Shown one piece after another: positions 13,641 through 27,040 of a stretch of DNA of 64,000 bases (its first letter is position 1; each line of letters starts with the position of its first letter). Both the position numbers and the translations under genes were made by a program. The notes below the pieces were generated by a model that was not told the DNA's origin, did no database searches, and worked only from the letters and a program-made list of their open reading frames with translations. The stretch comes from the human T2T-CHM13v2.0 reference genome, Homo sapiens, in the NCBI RefSeq assembly GCF_009914755.1, contig NC_060925.1. One strand, written 5' to 3'.

Positions 13641-14574
13641 AGAGTTGCACAGATCTAGAAGGGGTGAAGGGCAGTGGGACCCAGAAAGCAGGTTGAGGTG
13701 TTGGCCTTTGTTAACAGCAGGGACACCTGGTGAAAGAAGAAGAAGGGAAGATGTGGGTGTAAGTGGAGGTGATAATCATCATCACCATAGCTTATATTTA
13801 TTGATGTGTACCAGGTAATGTTCTAAGTAAGTTTCATTTATTAACTCAATCCTCATAGTAACCTTATGAGTAGGTTTGTACGTACACTGTATCAAAACTG
13901 AGAGAGTCTCATCTGATGGTCTACATTGTGGAAGGGGAGTCAAGAGGGACATTTGAGGAGAGAAGCTAGGACACAGTTGGGATAGAAAGTATTCAGTGGA
14001 ACTTCCAGGCAAGACTGAGAGTTCCTCTGAGATTTTAAATTATGAATATAAAGTGAATCTAACCCAAAATGCAAATGGATTTTCCACAGCATTCAGCAAT
14101 CAGACTTCAGTGGCCTGACTTAATTGGTGCTTCATGTGGAAGCAGGGATAATTTCCAATGCCAGGAGTAATAATCAAGTACACTATTATCCCTTACTAGT
14201 ATGCTAGCACTTTATGTACTTTCATGAAGCTGCCTTGGGGACTTGGCCACAAGAAACCTTCCACCCACCAGGCTACCCCTCAATCCCTGCTCAGAAGCAG
14301 AAACCATGGCTCCATGAAAGAATAATATCTAGAGTGAACTACAACCACTCATCAGAAGGATGAAGAAATTGATGGCTGACTTTAAGCCTCAATTCTGGAA
14401 GAGGTCCAAACTGGATGCTTTGTCTTCTACCTCACAGCTTTCCAGGTTCCTCTCAGTGACCAGGGTACCTCCTCTACCTAAGAAATCACCATCAGCTCTC
14501 CCCACTGCCAAGAGCTCATAAATGAAGAAGGGATGCAAAATCTTTACTTGACACAGAAAGCTTTAGGTTGACAA

Positions 14575-14830
14575 CAAATAGCAATAGCTAACATTTACTG
14601 AGCATGTCTTTTATATCAGGCTGTGGGCTAAGTGCTTTTATATGTAGTATTTCCCTTCATCTTTAAAACAAACCAGTGAGATAGGAATCCTTATGATCTC
14701 ATACTACAGATAAGAAAAGTGAGCTTTAGGGAGGTTAAATAATTTTTCTCAGACCAAGAAGCTAACAAGCAGAGCGGCCAAGAGTGGAATCCAGGCAGTC
14801 TGACTCTAGATACTAGGCTCTTTTAACAAG
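14575..14830 (-). mobile_element. MIR
   Basis: aatagctaacatttactgagc...acagataagaaaagtgagc...aatccaggcagtctgactctaga. Confidence 0.8.
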
Positions 14831-17046
14831 TACAGTATAATGGCAAATCAGCCAACATCTCTGCTGGATCAAGCTGTTGTATATATCCATTTGTTGTCAC
14901 ATGTTGTCACCTTTCTATAGATGTTACTTAGAAAACAAATGGATTTTATTTCCAACTATATTTAGACCGGTTTCTACTCTCCCATGTTCTCAAAATGAGA
15001 CACTAATTGTGGGGGAATTATGGAATTAATAGATTTTATTATTTCCCTCTTTTGAAAGCAAACATCCTGTTACAGAGTCAAGTTTATGGTTTGTTGGTTT
15101 TTTGCAAGCCTGGTGACCTATGTTAAGAGAATTTCCCCTGAAGTCAAATGTGCTGACACATGTGACAGCATAAGCTGCACTCCATGGGCTCCAAGGACTG
15201 GCAATAATGACCTGTTTTTTTTTCCCACCATGTAATTATGAATTGAGATTTGACTTTTAAAACAAATTCCCAGATAATTGAGGTCAATATGAAAATTTTA
15301 GTTTCAATATCCGAGTATCTTAACTGTGTAGATTATTTGTGAGTATACTGATAATAAGCTCCTTATGTTGACCTACTTTTAGGTGGTTGTAGCCTGTGAA
15401 TTGTTTTTTTCATAAATGAGGGATATATGGATTTGCATGGAGCCATTCACGCATTCTGCACATAATTAGAGCCAAATGGTACTCATTAAGATTGAACATG
15501 AGATGTTAATTTCCATTAGCGCCTGGGGAATCTGCATTTTTAAATAAAGCCCCAGATGATTCTTGTATAAATCGAAGTTTAAGAAACATTGAATAGATGT
15601 GCTCTAATTGTTTGATTTATTTTCTCTTCTTTTCCTATTAAGGATAAGAAAAATTAAATGACCTTTAACAGGCTTGACTATCACTACAATAGTAATAATA
15701 GCCAATAGTTGGTGAATGTTTATCTTTGCTGAATAGTGTTTTATATATCTATTTCATATGTAACACATTCTTAGGCAGAGATTATCATTAGCCCCATTTT
15801 GAAGATAAAAAACAATGAGATGGAGAGAGTCTAAGCAACCCAAGATCTCATAGCTACTGAGTGGCAAAGCGAGGGTTTAGAATTATACTTTTGCCTTTGA
15901 AGGCCAAGTCATTATCTGGAGACAGATAACAATGGATATAAATCACAGCTTTGCTACTTACCAGCTTGAAAGATGAGTTTAATAATACTGACTTTGCATG
16001 GTTATTGTAAAAATGACAGAATAATGCATATAAAGCACCAAGTATATGCCTGCCAAGTAGTAGATACTCATTAAATGGTGGCTATTAAATGTCAGCTGGA
16101 AAGTTGAACAGGTATTCCATGATTTTGATCACTGTAATCAGTGAACACACGTAATCCAAATACCTGCCTACATATCGTACACTGTTCTTATTGTTTTAAC
16201 TCTCCAAATTATTTACATAATTATCTCTACCTCCTCCTTCCCACTATCTCTTTAGATATGATCTGTGCCTAAGACTCCCTAAGACACTAATTCTACATGA
16301 TTTGAAAAGTAACATAAATACTTCTATTGTTTTTCTATCCTAAGGAAGTTTGAATGAATTTAAGATATTTTCCAATGACTTTAGTACGAATGTTTGCAAA
16401 GGGCCAGAGCTCCCTGGAAGTAAGTTGAAAAACAAACCCAGCTGTAATAGCCTGGTGACCCAGCAGCCCAGACCTGCCATTATAACCCATTTGGGGATTG
16501 CATGGTAATTGGGTCCATGGCATTTGGCTTAGTGGTTCTGATTGTGACACATGATGATTCAAGTTTATTCATGGACACACTAAAGCATCACAAAATGACC
16601 TTTTTTGAGGTCCTTGAGGTCAGGCGGGGAGGGAGGGAGAAGCACTGGGGCACTCTAAACAAAGCAGCTTTGTTTTTACACCGCTTGCTTGGACAAGTGT
16701 CTCCTCACGTGCAGCAGTCATTTGCTGTGGAGCTCTTGGCAGAGTAACTAAAATGTGACAGAAATGAAGGGCAAATTCTGAAATCCCCTGGAAAATCACC
16801 CTCCCAAGCAAATATTTGCCGTGGTATTGTAGCTCGATGACTTATTTTTTGTCATTCACTTTTTTTGGCTCATTCCTTTCCTTTATGGCCATTTAAAAGG
16901 TGGGTAAACTGAATATTTATTGAGCATCTACTATGTGCATTGCATGTACCGTACTGAGTTTATGGAAGATAGAGTCTGAGCTGAAATCATTTACCATCTC
17001 TAGAATTCATCCTCCGTGTCTGCAAAATGGGGATTTGGGCTTCATC

Positions 17047-17137
17047 AGTGATTCCCAAGTTAGTTTATAGTTTATTAAACCATATTCAGCAAGTGATTCC
17101 CAAGTTAGTTACATAGTTTATTAAAGCATATTCAACA
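17047..17137. repeat. Tandem duplication, two copies of ~45 bp
   Basis: agtgattcccaagttagtttatagtttattaaaccatattcagca / agtgattcccaagttagttacatagtttattaaagcatattcaaca. Confidence 0.9.
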
Positions 17138-17389
17138 TTGCATCTTCTATTTAAAACACACACACAAAATCTTCAGAAAAATCTTTAGAAACCAAGAAAA
17201 TAAACTTTAACAAAATCTTCTCAGCCAATAGACATACAAAAAGCATAGAATCTCAACAAAAGGGCCACCTGAATCTGCATAAAGGCTAGGTATGTGATTT
17301 TGTTGTTGTTGTTCTCAACCATATAAAACTGGTTGAGAACTCCAGATCAGATAATCTCTAAGATTTATCTCAGGTTCAAAAAGCTCTGT

Positions 17390-17692
17390 GGCCGGACATG
17401 GTGGCTCATGCCTGTAATCCCAGCACTTTGGGAGGCCAAGCTGGGCAAGTCCCCTGAAATCAGGAGTTCCTGACCAGCCTGGCCAACGTGGTGAAACCTC
17501 ATCTCTACTAAAAATACAAAAATTAGCCAGGTGTGGTGGCAGGTGCCTGTAATCCCAGCTACTCAGGAGGCTGAGGCAGGAGAATCACTTGAACCCAGGA
17601 GGCGGTGGTTGCAGTGAGCCAAGATTGCACCATTGCACTCCACCCTGGGTGACACAGCAATACTCCGTCTCAATTAAAATTAAAAAAAAAAA
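17390..17692 (+). mobile_element. AluS (Sx/Sq-like), full length
   Basis: ggccggacatggtggctcatgcctgtaatcc...ctccgtctcaattaaaattaaaaaaaaaaa; flanks aaaaagctctgtg / aaaaaatctgtg. Confidence 0.93.
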
Positions 17693-18892
17693 TCTGTGAT
17701 TTTATTTGGGCTTCTCTCAACAAAGTTGGTGTTTTTGTAGCTCAGAGAAGATATATCTAGCATTAGAGAAGGATAAATCATTATGGCTTAAGAGATAATC
17801 AGTCATTTCTAATATCAACTTCTGACTGTTTATTCATGGACATATGTATGTGCTGACCCACAAAACACAATTTTCTAATTGATTCTACTGATATTGGCCA
17901 TCAAATCTAATTAATTTAGACCCAAAGTGATTTTTTTTGGTTTTCTAAAGTCAGTCTTCACTATCTTCGTAGCCCAAATTAGCCAAATAATTTAGGTAAG
18001 AAGTATTTATTCTACCATTTCTATCAGGTTTCTCTCTGATGCCTGTGCTTTGCAAACAGGTCAGTAAAAGAGATAAAAGAAATAAGCAATAAATCTTAAG
18101 TTTTTTTCTTGTCTATCTGTATTTTATCTGTATTTTTTTGTTATATTAGCTATTTTTTTTATTAATTCAGTATGTTCCAGCAAAAGAGGAGAAAAAAACA
18201 CACAGTAAAGGGAAAATCAAAGAGGAGAGACACGGTTAAGAGACTGACTACATTAAAAGAGAAAGGGGAGGAATGAAATCCAAAAAGAATTTTCAGGGAA
18301 AATCTCTCAGTAAAAGAAAAAAAGAGAAAGATATTGCATAGGGTGTGTTTCATGACTCATGCCTGGCTCTGTACCTGAGTGATTCATTTGGTGGAAAACA
18401 TAGCTGGCTCAGAGAACCTTTCACAGGCCCCAGACTTTGTTGAAATCATTTGAAGCTTCATTTTGTGTGTATATTTTCCTCACTTCTTTAAAACTGAAAT
18501 ATTAATTTCTTATGAGAAATAGGCCCTGATCATTGGAGTTTATGTGTATGGCCACTTGAGATTTAGAAGTAGATCAGGGACTTCGAAGTAGGGGAAGTGT
18601 TTAAGAACCTGGGACAGGTTTGTTCCTAGTGGCTTTTCTTTATCTCCCAGCAGGAATAAATAGTAGGTCCAAGGGAATCCTGTTGGATAGAGTTCAAAGG
18701 GGACAGGCCCTTGGTAGGGGCAGACTAGATTAGTGGCTTTCAAACTTTTTTGATCATGACTCACAATAAAACATATATTTTACATTAAGACTCAGCCCCA
18801 CATGTCTGTGTGTTTTGTGAAATAATACTTACCTTTACTATATATGCTTTACTTGATATTTTCTATTCTATTATATTTTATTCCATTCTATT

Positions 18893-19185
18893 CTTTTTGT
18901 TTTGTTTTGTTTTTTGTTTTCTGACGGAGTCTCACTCTGTCATGAGTGCAGTAGTGCAATCTCGGCTCACTTCAACATCCACTGCCCAGGTTCAAACAAT
19001 TCTCCTGGCTCAGCCTCTCATGTAGCTACAACTACAGGTGCATACCACCATGCCTGGCTAATTTTTGTATTTTCAGTAGAGACAGGGTTTCACCATGTTG
19101 GCCAGGCTGGTCTTGAACTCTTGACCTGAAGTGATCCTCCCATTTCAAAGTGCTGGGATTACAGGAGTGAGCCGCTGTGCCCGGC
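18893..19185 (-). mobile_element. AluS
   Basis: gacggagtctcactctgtc...gagccgctgtgcccggc; degenerate TSD ttccattctattcttt / tcccattcttttcttt. Confidence 0.9.
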
Positions 19186-21107
19186 TCCCATTCTTTTCTT
19201 TTGTTGTTTTAAATAAATGCTGGCAAAGACCTATTAAAAATATTTCACAGCTCAGTAGTAGATTTCTATGTACAACTTTCCAGTTTCTGTCCTCTCTGCA
19301 GCACCCTCTAAACACACACATTGTTAAAATACAGCACAATATAGCCAATTTTCAGGAACATCTCTCTGGCACTCCATCCTTCACACTAAAATACTTGCAA
19401 CTTCTCGAACACCATACTGTCTTTCACTTCCTTCACGTGTCGCCCTCTCTGCTCAGTGCACTTGAGTACTTTCCCACTCCAATTCCCCTTTGTTCATCAG
19501 GCTAATGCCCGCTGGTTTAGACCCAATTCAGAGGTCAACGTCTCTTATTAGGGCTGTTTGTTTTCTGCACTCTCCTGAGCATCCGGGGCTTATCTTTATC
19601 TCAGCCTTATCATGCTGTGTTATGATGACCCATTTATATGTTTTTCTTTCCCACTAGACTTATTGGTGGCAAAAACTATGTCTTATTTGATATCCACAGG
19701 ACCTGGCCTAATGCTTGGCACATACCTGATTAATAAATTCTGGATGAATGAGACCTACATACTGGTAGGCACGTGATAGGGAGTGGGCTGACTTCTTGGT
19801 AAACTGTAGTCTGTTTACGATAAACAAGAAAGCATACTTTTATGGAGAATGCTCAGCTTCTTTTAGTTGATGTGCTGACCCTCATTGCAATTCTTTTTCT
19901 GTTGCCAATAGGAGATAATGTAGCAAAGTAGCTATGAAGTCAGACTGAGGAGCTGCACAGAACTGGATTTGACTTCTGGCTCATCAGTTACTAGCTTTGT
20001 GACCTTAGGCATGTTACTTAATTCTTTTAAATCTCAGGTTCCTCATTTGCAAAATAGGAATAATAACCTTCTGTGGCTGTGGTTAGGATTGTGTGAGTGT
20101 TATTAAATAATGGCATATGAGCTCCATGAGGTCAGGATTTTTGTCACTTCAGTTCATTGTCATGAACTTAGAAGAGAGGCTGGCGCATATTTGTTGAATC
20201 AATGAATATTTTGTACATAATAGACCATCAATAATTCATAGCAGCTCTTATTCATGTGAATTTTTCACCAACTCTTACACGAAATTTTTTGGAGTATGTA
20301 TGATGTGCATAATAATTCTGTATCCCTTCTTTAGTCAGAAGTTAGGGACCCACCTGTGAGGTGACCCTTCCAGAGCCTCAAATTCAGTGACACAAGATGC
20401 ATGTAGAAACAGTTGCCTTTCGAAAGAAGTTGTTTTCAGGCTAGAAATTAAGTTTAATCATTCCAAGGCTGTTTGATTCTGTGGAAGTTCTACAGTTCTG
20501 TTTTTGAGTCATCGCCCATCGGCATTTGACTCTTCGTGTCTCTTTTCATACATCTCTTAGCCATATCACCATTTGCTGAATATTAGACTCACACAGATTC
20601 AGATTCAGAGTCTCGGGGGAAAATGATTGCATTTCTAAGTGTTCTTGGAACTGTTTCACTTGCTTCCTCGACAGATATCTTGTGTAAGGTCCATAAGGAT
20701 AGAAAATCCATTATTACCTAAGACCCTTTACTGTTTCCCATTTCATGAATAGATGTTTGTATTTCAGGTTTTCACTTGGGTCTTTCCCATGTTCAGTACT
20801 TTTATAAGTAACTTATTGTGCTACAACGAAGGTATTGTTTTAGGCTTTTTTGAATTTCATCAGCATGCAGACATCCCTACGTACTATATTTCTACAAAAA
20901 ACCCACAAACTTTAAAAAGTAATTCCCAAACTCTTAAAGAAGCCAGGCCAAATAAAAGGATGGCATTGCTTTATTTCTATGGCATATTGAAACAGTAAGA
21001 ATGAAAAGAGATCCTCAAGAGAGCGGTTTTACCTTGCTTTTACTTTCTCATGCATTTATCCAAAAAGTCCTTTTTATTATATTATTCATTATATATTATT
21101 CATTGCA

Positions 21108-21258
21108 GCTCACTCCTCAGATAATTAACCCACTTCTATGATAATAATGTTACTCCATTCATAAGGACTCTGCCCCTTAAAGGTGCTACCTCTCAACACT
21201 ATTGATTGGGGATTAAGTTTCCAACACATGTGCTTTGGGGGACACATTCAAAGCACCA
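21108..21258 (-). mobile_element. MaLR LTR fragment (MST/MLT1A-type)
   Basis: ctctcaacactattgattggggattaagtttccaacacatgtgctttgggggacacattcaaa. Confidence 0.65.
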
Positions 21259-22375
21259 GAGGGCCTGGTCTAATGATTAGGAGTAATCATTAGAATGGTG
21301 TAATTCATCATGGTGTAGGTAGTAAAGTTAAATGATCCAATTTATTAGTCCATTATTCATTCATTAGTCCATTATGGTTGCTTACCTTACATATGACTAG
21401 GTTGGTGAACAAGGTTGTCCTATTACTTATCCTATTATATGTAAAAGTCTGCCCAAAGCTGTTTTAATCATTTGTATGAATGTAGGTACCATTTCAAAGT
21501 GCACTCCTTATCATAAACTCTTGAGATACATACTAAGATGATATAAAAGAGAGTGGCAAATCCTATAGCACTGTGCTAATTTAATAACTTACAAAGTTCA
21601 TCAATAGAACAATATACTTTTGTTCTCATGCTGACTCTTGTTCTCAAGTTGAAGATTACTCCAAAGTCACTATAGTCATATTATGCTGTCTGGGGCTCTT
21701 CATTGAAATTTTGAAAATAGGAGGAGGAGCATATCCAGTGGTGAAAGAGAAAACATTTTGGTAAGTGGAAATGGGAGAAAAGGAAGCTTGCCTGACTACC
21801 TAATAGGCCTTACTTAGTTGCTTCAGTGATGGGGACCTAGTAGACCACAGAAGGGCCAAGCTGTCTGGAAAAGAGAAGGGTTGTCATTTCTGGAACCCCT
21901 ACTATGTGCCAGATACTTCATGGGTCTTTTACATCTTTAAGTTGAACCTATGGGGGATTTTATTGCATTCGTTTTAAAGATAAGTTAACTGCTGTCCATT
22001 TAAAAAAGTAAGTACAGTTGCTTTGCAAGATCACACAACTTTTATGGGGCGGGGCCTGGGCTTGAGTCCAAGACTTCAAAGCTTGTGTTCTTTCCACTAG
22101 CCACCTACTCTCAGAATGCTCCTGTTAAACCCATTATGTGGCAAGTCAGGTATGTGTTGCACTTGACATCTTTTTTAGTTTTCCACTTGTACAAACATTC
22201 CCTGAAAAATTGTGGAGAGGTTCCATACAGTGGAACTTGAGATTTCATCTACTCAGCCTTCTACCCTGAAAGGTTCCTCTGAGCTCATCACTGTAACCTG
22301 AAATGTCTTTCACATGGATCTGAAAACATTTAGTGAAGTAGAAAGTACTGTGCTCATAGTAGTCATTCTGTGGTA

Positions 22376-23365
22376 CCTTTTTTTCCTTTTTAAAAAAAGG
22401 AAAAAGTTTAGTTGACACCAAATAGTTGTATATATTTGTGGGATACAGAGTGATATTTTTATATATGTATACACTGCATAATGATCAAATCAGAGTAATT
22501 AGCATATTCATCACCTTAAACATTTATCATTTCTTTGTGTTGGGAACATTCAAAATCCTCTCTTCTAGCTTTGAACGTATACAATAAATTGTTATTAACT
22601 ATATTTACCCCATAGTGCAATAGAAAACTACAACTTATTCTTCCTATCTAGCTCTAATTTTGTATTCCTTACCCAAACTCTCTGTCTTCCTCTTCCCACT
22701 AATCTTCCTAGCTTCTAATAACCATAATTCTACTGTCTATTATGAGCTCAATGTTTTTTAGCCTCCAGATATTAGTGAAACTTGCAGTATTTGTCTTTCT
22801 GTACCTGACTTATTTTACTTAATGTCCTCCAAGCTCATCCATGTTGCTGCAAATGACAGAATTTCATTCCTTTTCATGAGTGAATAGCATTCCATTATTA
22901 TATGCCATATTTCCTTTATCCATTCATTTGCTGATGGACATTTAGGCTAATTCCATATCTTGGCTATTGTCAATAGTGCTGCAATAAACGTGGGGTGCAG
23001 ATATCTCTCCAATACATTGATTTATTTTCCCTTGGATAAATACCCAGTAGTGGGATCACTGTAATATGGTAATTCTATTTAAGCTTTGTTGCAAAACCTC
23101 CATACCGTTTTCCATAATAGCTGTGCTAACTTACTTTCCCATCAACAGTTTATAAGAGTTTGCTTTCCTCCACATCCTTGCTGGCTTTTGTTATTTTTTA
23201 TCTTTCTGATAATGGCCAAAAGCTTTTAGCTTTTCCTCACTCATTGTGACATTAGCTGTGTGTTTGCCTGTTTTGTGTTGAGGTTTGTACCTTCTATGCC
23301 TAATGTGTTGAGAGTTTTTATCATTAAGGGAAATTGAATTTTATCAAATGCTTTTTTCTGCCTTT
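22376..23365 (-). mobile_element. L1MA 3' end plus a non-contiguous upstream L1 piece (jump near 23218)
   Basis: aatgatcaaatcagagtaattagcatattcatcacc, catgttgctgcaaatgacagaatttcattcc, ggataaatacccagtagtgggat, aattgaattttatcaaatgctttttt. Confidence 0.85.
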
Positions 23366-26300
23366 ATTTGTAGGACTTTTTAGTAACAAATTTCATTATA
23401 GAATGTAAATATTATAAGGAAAAAATATATGTTATAATATGAATTAATAATGGCATGAATATTAAAACCAAACAAAATGCATATTGGAAAAATTGGCACT
23501 ATTGCACAAACACAGACATCTAGGGGAATGTCTTTCTCTCTGGTGTTCGTGTTTTTACCTTCTTCAGCCATGTGAAAAGACTTTCAAAGGTTCTATTTTA
23601 TTCTCAGAGTTGACAGACTCACCCTTCAACAGAGTGGGCATCAAAAGTCAATAGCTGCCTTGAGTAAATTAATTTTTGTTGATTTTAGTTCCCCTTTAAG
23701 ACTTCCTGAGATACTGATCATGGAAATGAATATTAGCGATTTAATTCTGGCACCTCGTCAGGACTCACACTGCATTCCTGGGTGCAGCCTGGAACATCAC
23801 TGCTGGCTGGACTCACTTCTCCTTGCCCACCAAGGGACCTGAAAACCACATTAAGGTGGAGAGGAGAGTGTGGCACCTCCTTGCTCAGAGATCGGCCAGT
23901 TCACTGTACTTTATTGACTGTGGACTGTTGATTTATCCAGCCTTCTCATTTCACATGTGAGGGAGGGCGATTTGGAGTGACTTCTGTGCACTTACATAGC
24001 TGATGATAGAGGATGGACCAGAATCCACATCTCCAACTACCAGTCCAGAATTCTTTCCATTCCCCAGTCACTCACTTATTCATACATTCATCTAACATTT
24101 ATTGGATGCCTACAGTGTGTGTATAGCTGTGACTACAAAGATGAATTGGACGCAGACCCTGAACTCAAGATCTTTACCCTGGCTTGTGTTTTTGATTTCC
24201 CAGAGGGTCTGAGGTCCATTAGGAAGGTGACTATCTGCCAGGGCAGTCTCTCCATGCCGGCTGGATTAGGCAATCACTGCTGGCCGTATGCAGTCCCGTT
24301 TTCAGTGTCCAAGTCTATTCTTCATAGATGGCCTATTCTCTGTTTTTCTGACTTTCTTACTGGGGTTTCTCACCCAAACATAGCATTACTGATAAATAAT
24401 ATTTAAGTGGCTGAGCTCTGAAGATTAAGCTATTAATATCACAAACAGGCTCCATATTCTCTCTAGTAAAGAGCGAAAAAGAGTCAGTATGTATGTGTGT
24501 GTGTGTTTACACATATGCGCATGTGGTGTGGCTCTCTGAGACACTTAGAAGAAAAGTTCCTGTGTGCTCATGAAAGGCCCGTAGTACAGCTATGAGTATA
24601 TTCCAGGCCTCACATGGCTGCAGTATTCACCAGATTACCAATATTAGAGAAGCAGATTTTTTTCTATGGGTAATTTTTAATAATTTAAGGGCTCTCATTT
24701 CTCATTATTTCAGAAATCCAACTTGGAGCTTCTCATTTGATCAGCAAGTATTTTCCAAGGGCCTCCTGTATTCTCAGCCCTGTAAGAGGTTTGGGCCTTG
24801 GAGGCTGAGTCAGAGATCATGATATTCAAACCGTTTTCACTTTCATTTTGTTGTTGTCATTTTCTCTCCATTTGATCCTGAGGTAAAAAAGGACTAGTAA
24901 TATTATCTCTATGTCACAGAGGAGGAACCAGAGGCACAGAGAGGCTTAATGACTTGCCAGGACCCTCAAGGCTATAAGCAGGAAAGCAGGGGCGAGACCA
25001 CCAGGCTTCTTACCGCTAGGACAATGCTTTTTTTTTTTCTAACTATGCCAGATTGCCAGTCCATATTTTTTTTAATTCAGGAAGGATTAGAGAAAAAATA
25101 TTGCAAGCATATAAATGTAATCTCATGATAGAATAGTAACAATTACATAAAAATACTAAAGTTCATTTTAAATACTACCTAAACTAGGTCATGAATTCAT
25201 CCTATAGCTTTTTCTCCCAGCAGGCATAATTGAGTTGCTTTCCCAAATGCCAGGTTATTCTACCCATGCGAGTTATAAAGACCTTTTTCTTGAAGGGATT
25301 ACTGCTGAACTTCTCCTAAGTCATGACTTTGTGATGGGAGAGATATAAGTAACATGTTCGTTGGGCTTTTATAACTCTAGAGAAAGCTCTTCCTAAATCT
25401 TGGAGCTTACTGCTCAGCCAACTTATTGACTTTGTTTAGGAGGTGGCCATTAGCCTCTCAAACCACAGAGGTTTGGACTGTTCAACTACAGTAAGCCCAG
25501 AAGCAAAGAGAGATTAGAACACAGCATCACTGGGTGAAAATGGGGAAAGCTAAACTGCTTCGAAATTGCAGTGCTCTGTCCTATACTCATTTCTGGAGGA
25601 ATCAAGAAGAGCCTGAAGCAGAAGTGACCCACTGGCCTTGGAGACAGGAGGCAATGGAAAAGCACAGTTCATCCACAAACCAGCCTCTCTGAGCATCAGC
25701 TTCCTAGCTGCGTGACATTCCCAAGACTCTTCCCTGCACTAATTTCCACATTTATAAAAAAGAACCACAGATGTGTCCTTGATGGTCATCTTACTGTCAT
25801 CTGTTACCACCACATACGCTGTCTTGTTATGTGGCTTGGGAAAATCTATAAACTGGTCTTTTGGCTTTGATCACCTGATTGATTTACTGTCAGCAGATGA
25901 TATTAAAATTAGCTTTCATTTGTTGAGCAAATCTGGATGGGCAATTGAGGTGGAAACAGGGAGTGGCCTGGGTGGTGGCTGGAATTAGAATAGTAATCTC
26001 TTGTGTTTTAGAGGTTACAAAGCACTTTCCCACATGTAGTCTCATTGAATTACTACAAAGTCCTGCAAGGGCTGGTATTCTTAACCTCATCAGACAAATG
26101 AGAAATTGATGTTCCGAAAGATAAAGTGACTGGTCAGCATTCACAAAAAGATTTGGTGGCAGTACAAAAAGTGGAATAAAAGCAAAAGCTCTTGCTTGCT
26201 TTCTGGTGCAACACATCAGAGATTGATTAGAATCTACTATAAGGCTTTTTGGCTATGCTGAGATGATCGACAATTAATTATAAAACACTGTCAACATAGA

Positions 26301-26732
26301 CACTGGTGCTCTTCTCTTTCTGGGCTTTCATACCTGCTCTTCTTGAGGTTTCCCTCCCCAACCTCTATCTGTGTGTAACTCCTTCAGTTTATCACTTGGA
26401 AACCACTTCCTCTAAGAAGACCCAAGACCTTGCTAGATGCCCATCCTATGGGTTTCCATGGCATCCAAATATTACCCACACTCTGTTCATACCACTCTAA
26501 TTCAATTGCCTGTGTTGGAATATAGCTCCATTTAGGCACTAAGAATACTTATTCACGAGTCATTCATGAGTGGTTATTTTTTCACCATTGTAACCACAAC
26601 ACCTTGAACAGTAGACCCTGGATAAACATTTCTTGAGAAAATGTTGCCTGATCTGCTGTAGCCAAGAGGAAGTTTTGCTTCCACATTGCCCTCAGGGCTG
26701 GGAGGGAATTAGAATCTCTTCCCCTACCCTCC

Positions 26733-27040
26733 TGCTTTATTAAGGTATAATGGACAAATAAAAATTATATATATTTATGGTGTATAGCATGATGTTTATA
26801 TATATATGTGTGTGTGTGTATATATATATATACACACACACAGTGAAATGATTAAATCAAGCTTGTTAATATAATCTGTCACCTCATAGACTTTTTGTTT
26901 GTGGTAAGAACATTTAAGATCTACTCTCTCAGCAATTTTCAAGCATACAATACCTTATTGTTAGCTAAAGTCACCGTGCTGTGCAATAGATTTCCATAGC
27001 TTATTCCTCCTAACAGAAACTTTGTACCCTTTGACCAATC
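26733..27040 (-). mobile_element. L1MA 3' end with embedded TA/TG/CA microsatellite
   Basis: gtgaaatgattaaatcaagc, aacatttaagatctactctctcagcaattttcaagcatacaatac, gaaactttgtaccctttgacca. Confidence 0.85.
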
